A stretch of 64,000 nt of DNA. It comes from Candidatus Staskawiczbacteria bacterium. Lineage in GTDB: Bacteria > Patescibacteriota > Minisyncoccia > Minisyncoccales > Staskawiczbacteraceae. The stretch is taken from assembly GCA_041661545.1 (NCBI GenBank), contig JBAZUH010000001.1, positions 672,148 through 736,147 of the forward strand. The letters are read 5' to 3'. The notes below the pieces were generated by a model, which was not told the DNA's origin, did no database searches, and was given only the letters and a program-made list of their open reading frames with translations. This document shows, piece after piece, positions 61,707 through 64,000 of this stretch. Made by a program: the position numbers and the translations under genes. Each line of letters starts with the position of its first letter. Position 1 is the first letter of the stretch.

Positions 61707-61751
61707 ATTAGGGTTAGCGTTTAGGGTTTAGTTAAAATTAATAAATAAAAT

Positions 61752-61814
61752 ATGGAATATCAATCAGAGACAAAGGTATGTCAGAATTGTCTGGCTATGC
61801 CAGATCTCGCATAG
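61752..61814 (+). pseudogene. Orphan 5' fragment of a paralogue (MEYQSETKVCQNC...) truncated by a double GC hairpin
   Basis: 13 codons are homologous to the paralogue N-termini. These are followed by tctggc-tat-gccaga and atctcgc-ata-gcgagat hairpins and a stop. Confidence 0.65.
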
Positions 61815-61829
61815 CGAGATAAAAATATT

Positions 61830-63500
61830 ATGGAAAAATCACAAATTAAAATATGTCAGAATTGTAAGAGCGAGTTCGTAATAGAGCTCGATGATTTTGC
61901 ATTTTACGAAAAAATGAAAGTGCCTGCACCAACATTTTGTCCAGAGTGTCGATTTAAAATGCTAGCTATTTGGAGAAATGAAATGTCATTATATTCTAGT
62001 AAAAAATGTGACATGTGTGGTAAAAACATAATAACAATGTATAACCCAAAATCGCCATACAAAGTGTATTGTTACCAATGCTATATGTCTGATTCGTGGG
62101 ATGCACGAGATTATATGAGAGATTATGATTTTTCTCGTCCGTTTTTTGAACAATTTAATAGTCTGCTCAAAGATGTTCCCAAAAAAAACACTTCCATTGA
62201 TGCATCCTCTGGACCAAATATTAATAGTGAATATGCAAATTATGCAGGTGGCATGAAAGATTGTTATATGGTTTTTAATAGCATAGGAGAGCAGATGATG
62301 TATTGCCGAGGAATCCGGGAATCGAAAGAAACAGTAGATTCATATTTTGGAGAACATTTAGAAAAATGTTATGAATGTGTTAATGTTTTTAAATCAAGTG
62401 GTTTAATTTTTGCCAGAAATACCTATAATTCTATGGATTCTGCTTTTGTGATAAACTGCAATGGCTTAAATAATTGTTTTGGTTGCGTCAATTTAAGAAA
62501 CAAATCATATCATTTTATGAATGAATTATTATCTCGAGAAGAATACATTAAAAAAATTGGAGAAATAATGGGTAGTTATTCAAAAATGGAAGAATTTAAA
62601 GAAAAATTTGTAAAATTTGCTTTGACTTTTCCTAGGAAAGAGAATAATAATATTAAAAATGTTAATTCTAATGGAGACTTTTTGTCAGAATGTAAAGACG
62701 TAGATAACAGTTTCGAGGTAATAGGGGCTGAAAATTCTAAGAACATTTTTTCTTCTAGAGCCATTCACAACGCAGATGGGTCTATAGGTTTTGGAACTAA
62801 AAGTGAATTGTTCTTTAATTGTTTAGGATCGGGTTTCTCAAGCAATATTATATGTTCTTGCTCTGTTTCGAGCTCGCATAATATATTATATTCTTTTGGA
62901 TTGATAAATTGTCATGATTGCATGGGTTGTGATAGTTTGAAGAATTCTGAATATTGTATTTTGAATAAACAATATACTAAAGAAGAATACGAAAAATTAA
63001 AAGAAAATATTGTAGGAGAACTTGCTAAACAAGGATTATATGGGCTGATGATTCCGTCAGAGTTTTCTCCTTTTGGCTATAATGAAACTTTGGCTTATGA
63101 TAATATGCCTCTTACCAAAGAAGAGGCGATAGCTCAAGGTTTTCGTTGGGAAGACGATATTCAAATGACAACAGGCAAAGAAACCCTGCAGCTGGGAGAA
63201 ATATCCGATCACATTAAAGATGTAAATAGCACTATAACAAAGGAGATATTAAAATGTATAAGCTGTGAAAGAAATTATAAAATTGCAGAACAAGAGTTAT
63301 CGTTATACAAAAAAATGAATATTCCAATTCCAAGAAAATGTTTTTTTTGTCGTCACCAGGATAGGCTTAGAAGAAGGGGTCCTTATAAATTTTGGAATAG
63401 AAAATGTGATCATTGTGGAAAGGAAATAAATACTAATTATGCTCCCGATAGGCCAGAAATAGTTTATTGTGAAAGCTGTTACAATAACGAGGTAGCGTAG
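61830..63500 (+). CDS. Cys-rich multi-zinc-ribbon / Cys-ladder repeat protein, paralogue 2
   Basis: Same architecture as paralogue 1. The second N-terminal ribbon is intact ('CDMCGKNIITMYNPKSPYKVYCYQCY'). Confidence 0.7.
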   Translation: MEKSQIKICQNCKSEFVIELDDFAFYEKMKVPAPTFCPECRFKMLAIWRNEMSLYSSKKCDMCGKNIITMYNPKSPYKVYCYQCYMSDSWDARDYMRDYDFSRPFFEQFNSLLKDVPKKNTSIDASSGPNINSEYANYAGGMKDCYMVFNSIGEQMMYCRGIRESKETVDSYFGEHLEKCYECVNVFKSSGLIFARNTYNSMDSAFVINCNGLNNCFGCVNLRNKSYHFMNELLSREEYIKKIGEIMGSYSKMEEFKEKFVKFALTFPRKENNNIKNVNSNGDFLSECKDVDNSFEVIGAENSKNIFSSRAIHNADGSIGFGTKSELFFNCLGSGFSSNIICSCSVSSSHNILYSFGLINCHDCMGCDSLKNSEYCILNKQYTKEEYEKLKENIVGELAKQGLYGLMIPSEFSPFGYNETLAYDNMPLTKEEAIAQGFRWEDDIQMTTGKETLQLGEISDHIKDVNSTITKEILKCISCERNYKIAEQELSLYKKMNIPIPRKCFFCRHQDRLRRRGPYKFWNRKCDHCGKEINTNYAPDRPEIVYCESCYNNEVA

Positions 63501-63502
63501 AG

Positions 63503-63530
63503 CCTGTAACCTATAACCTGTAACCCGTAA
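63503..63530 (+). repeat. 4 x 7-bp tandem repeat (cctgtaa cctataa cctgtaa cccgtaa) right after the paralogue 2 stop
   Basis: Read directly from the sequence. A comparable heptad tract (tagggt tagcgtt tagggtt tag) follows the paralogue 1 stop at 61708..61731. Confidence 0.85.
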
Positions 63531-63554
63531 TTTATCGTGTTAATTAAAACATTT

Positions 63555-64000
63555 ATGAATCAAGAAACACATCAATGTCAAAACTGCAAACAAGACTTTA
63601 TTATAGAGCCTGATGATTTTGCGTTCTATGAAAAAATGAAGGTGCCCGCCCCAACATTTTGTTCAGAATGTAGATTGCAGAGAAAATTAGCTTTTCGTAA
63701 CGAAAGAACTTTATACAAAAATATATGCAAAAAATGTAATAAAAGCCTTATTTCAATGTATAGAGAAGGCGGTCCAATGACCGTATATTGTCGAGATTGT
63801 TGGTATTCTGACTCATGGAATCCTATGAGCTATGGGTATGATTATAATTTTTCGCAATCATTTTTTGAACAATTTAAAAAATTGTTTCATGCAGTCCCAG
63901 TGGTAAACTTGTGGACTCCACAGTCAATGAATTCTGAGTATACTAATTTTGCTACAGAAAATAAAAATTGTTATCTTTCGTTTGGCGGGAAGACGTGCGA
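63555..64000 (+). CDS. Cys-rich multi-zinc-ribbon protein, paralogue 3 (5' part, runs off the window)
   Basis: My own translation: MNQETHQCQNCKQDFIIEPDDFAFYEKMKVPAPTFCSECRLQRKLAFRNERTLYKNICKKCNKSLISMYREGGPMTVYCRDCWYSDSWNP... It is absent from the ORF track because no stop falls inside the window. Confidence 0.7.
   Translation, partial: MNQETHQCQNCKQDFIIEPDDFAFYEKMKVPAPTFCSECRLQRKLAFRNERTLYKNICKKCNKSLISMYREGGPMTVYCRDCWYSDSWNPMSYGYDYNFSQSFFEQFKKLFHAVPVVNLWTPQSMNSEYTNFATENKNCYLSFGGKTC

Noticed and set aside
61708-61731. TTAGGG-like repeats as telomeric sequence or a G-quadruplex
   Set aside because: There are only about three imperfect units, located internally between two genes. The G-runs are too short and too few for a quadruplex.
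1-64000. Alternative genetic code (UGA recoded, as in some CPR lineages)
   Set aside because: TGA terminates many conserved genes at the expected length (for example 22951..22953 and 29914..29916), and full-length ClpB, SecA and SecD read through with the standard code. Code 11 fits.

Overview
This is an AT-rich bacterial chromosome segment, roughly one-third G+C by eye. Nearly all genes sit on the + strand with very short spacers. Native genes lack Shine-Dalgarno sequences. Together with the PG-binding surface proteins and a sigma-r4/HARE-HTH protein, this suggests a Candidate Phyla Radiation / Patescibacteria-like organism (inference only).

Housekeeping genes: htrA, clpB (with a CIRCE-like operator), rlmN, an ECF sigma factor with an anti-sigma-like protein, murB, hpf, secA, rdgB, secD and secF.

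Roughly 18.1-45.1 kb is a large envelope-glycan locus:
- an O-antigen-ligase-like protein;
- a WbpA/B/D/E-like set for a 2,3-diacetamido uronic acid;
- a Wzx flippase and several GT2/GT4 glycosyltransferases;
- a CDP-hexose branch (RfbF, dehydratase, C-methyltransferase, 3,5-epimerase, aminotransferase, formyltransferase, CmcI-like methyltransferase) with folD embedded;
- an initiating sugar-phosphate transferase, a split transketolase and a CapD/PglF-like dehydratase.

Accessory content:
- an HNH cassette between 37-bp direct repeats (6.4-7.0 kb);
- a type II R-M pair (7.1-9.1 kb);
- a mosaic of small, visibly GC-richer islets at 3.1-3.5, 6.5-6.95, 10.4-12.4 and 55.0-56.3 kb. Unlike native genes, these carry strong SD sites, and several are bordered by a family of long palindromes.

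The best candidates for an undescribed system are at the 3' end of the window:
- a three-gene membrane/TraD-VirD4-like ATPase module (56.4-60.0 kb);
- immediately downstream, a tandem array of at least three large Cys-rich multi-zinc-ribbon paralogues (60.1-64.0 kb) that share a CxxC-x17-CxxC ribbon with the ATPase tail.

Other candidates:
- a GC-rich DHOD-like gene translationally coupled to a Cys/His-rich mini-ORF;
- duplicated promoter + 2-TM miniprotein modules;
- short GC-rich hairpin tracts that sit both intergenically and in frame inside conserved genes.

CDS coordinates come from the supplied ORF track. Non-CDS coordinates were counted by hand and may be off by 1-3 nt. All family assignments come from motif recognition by eye, not database searches.
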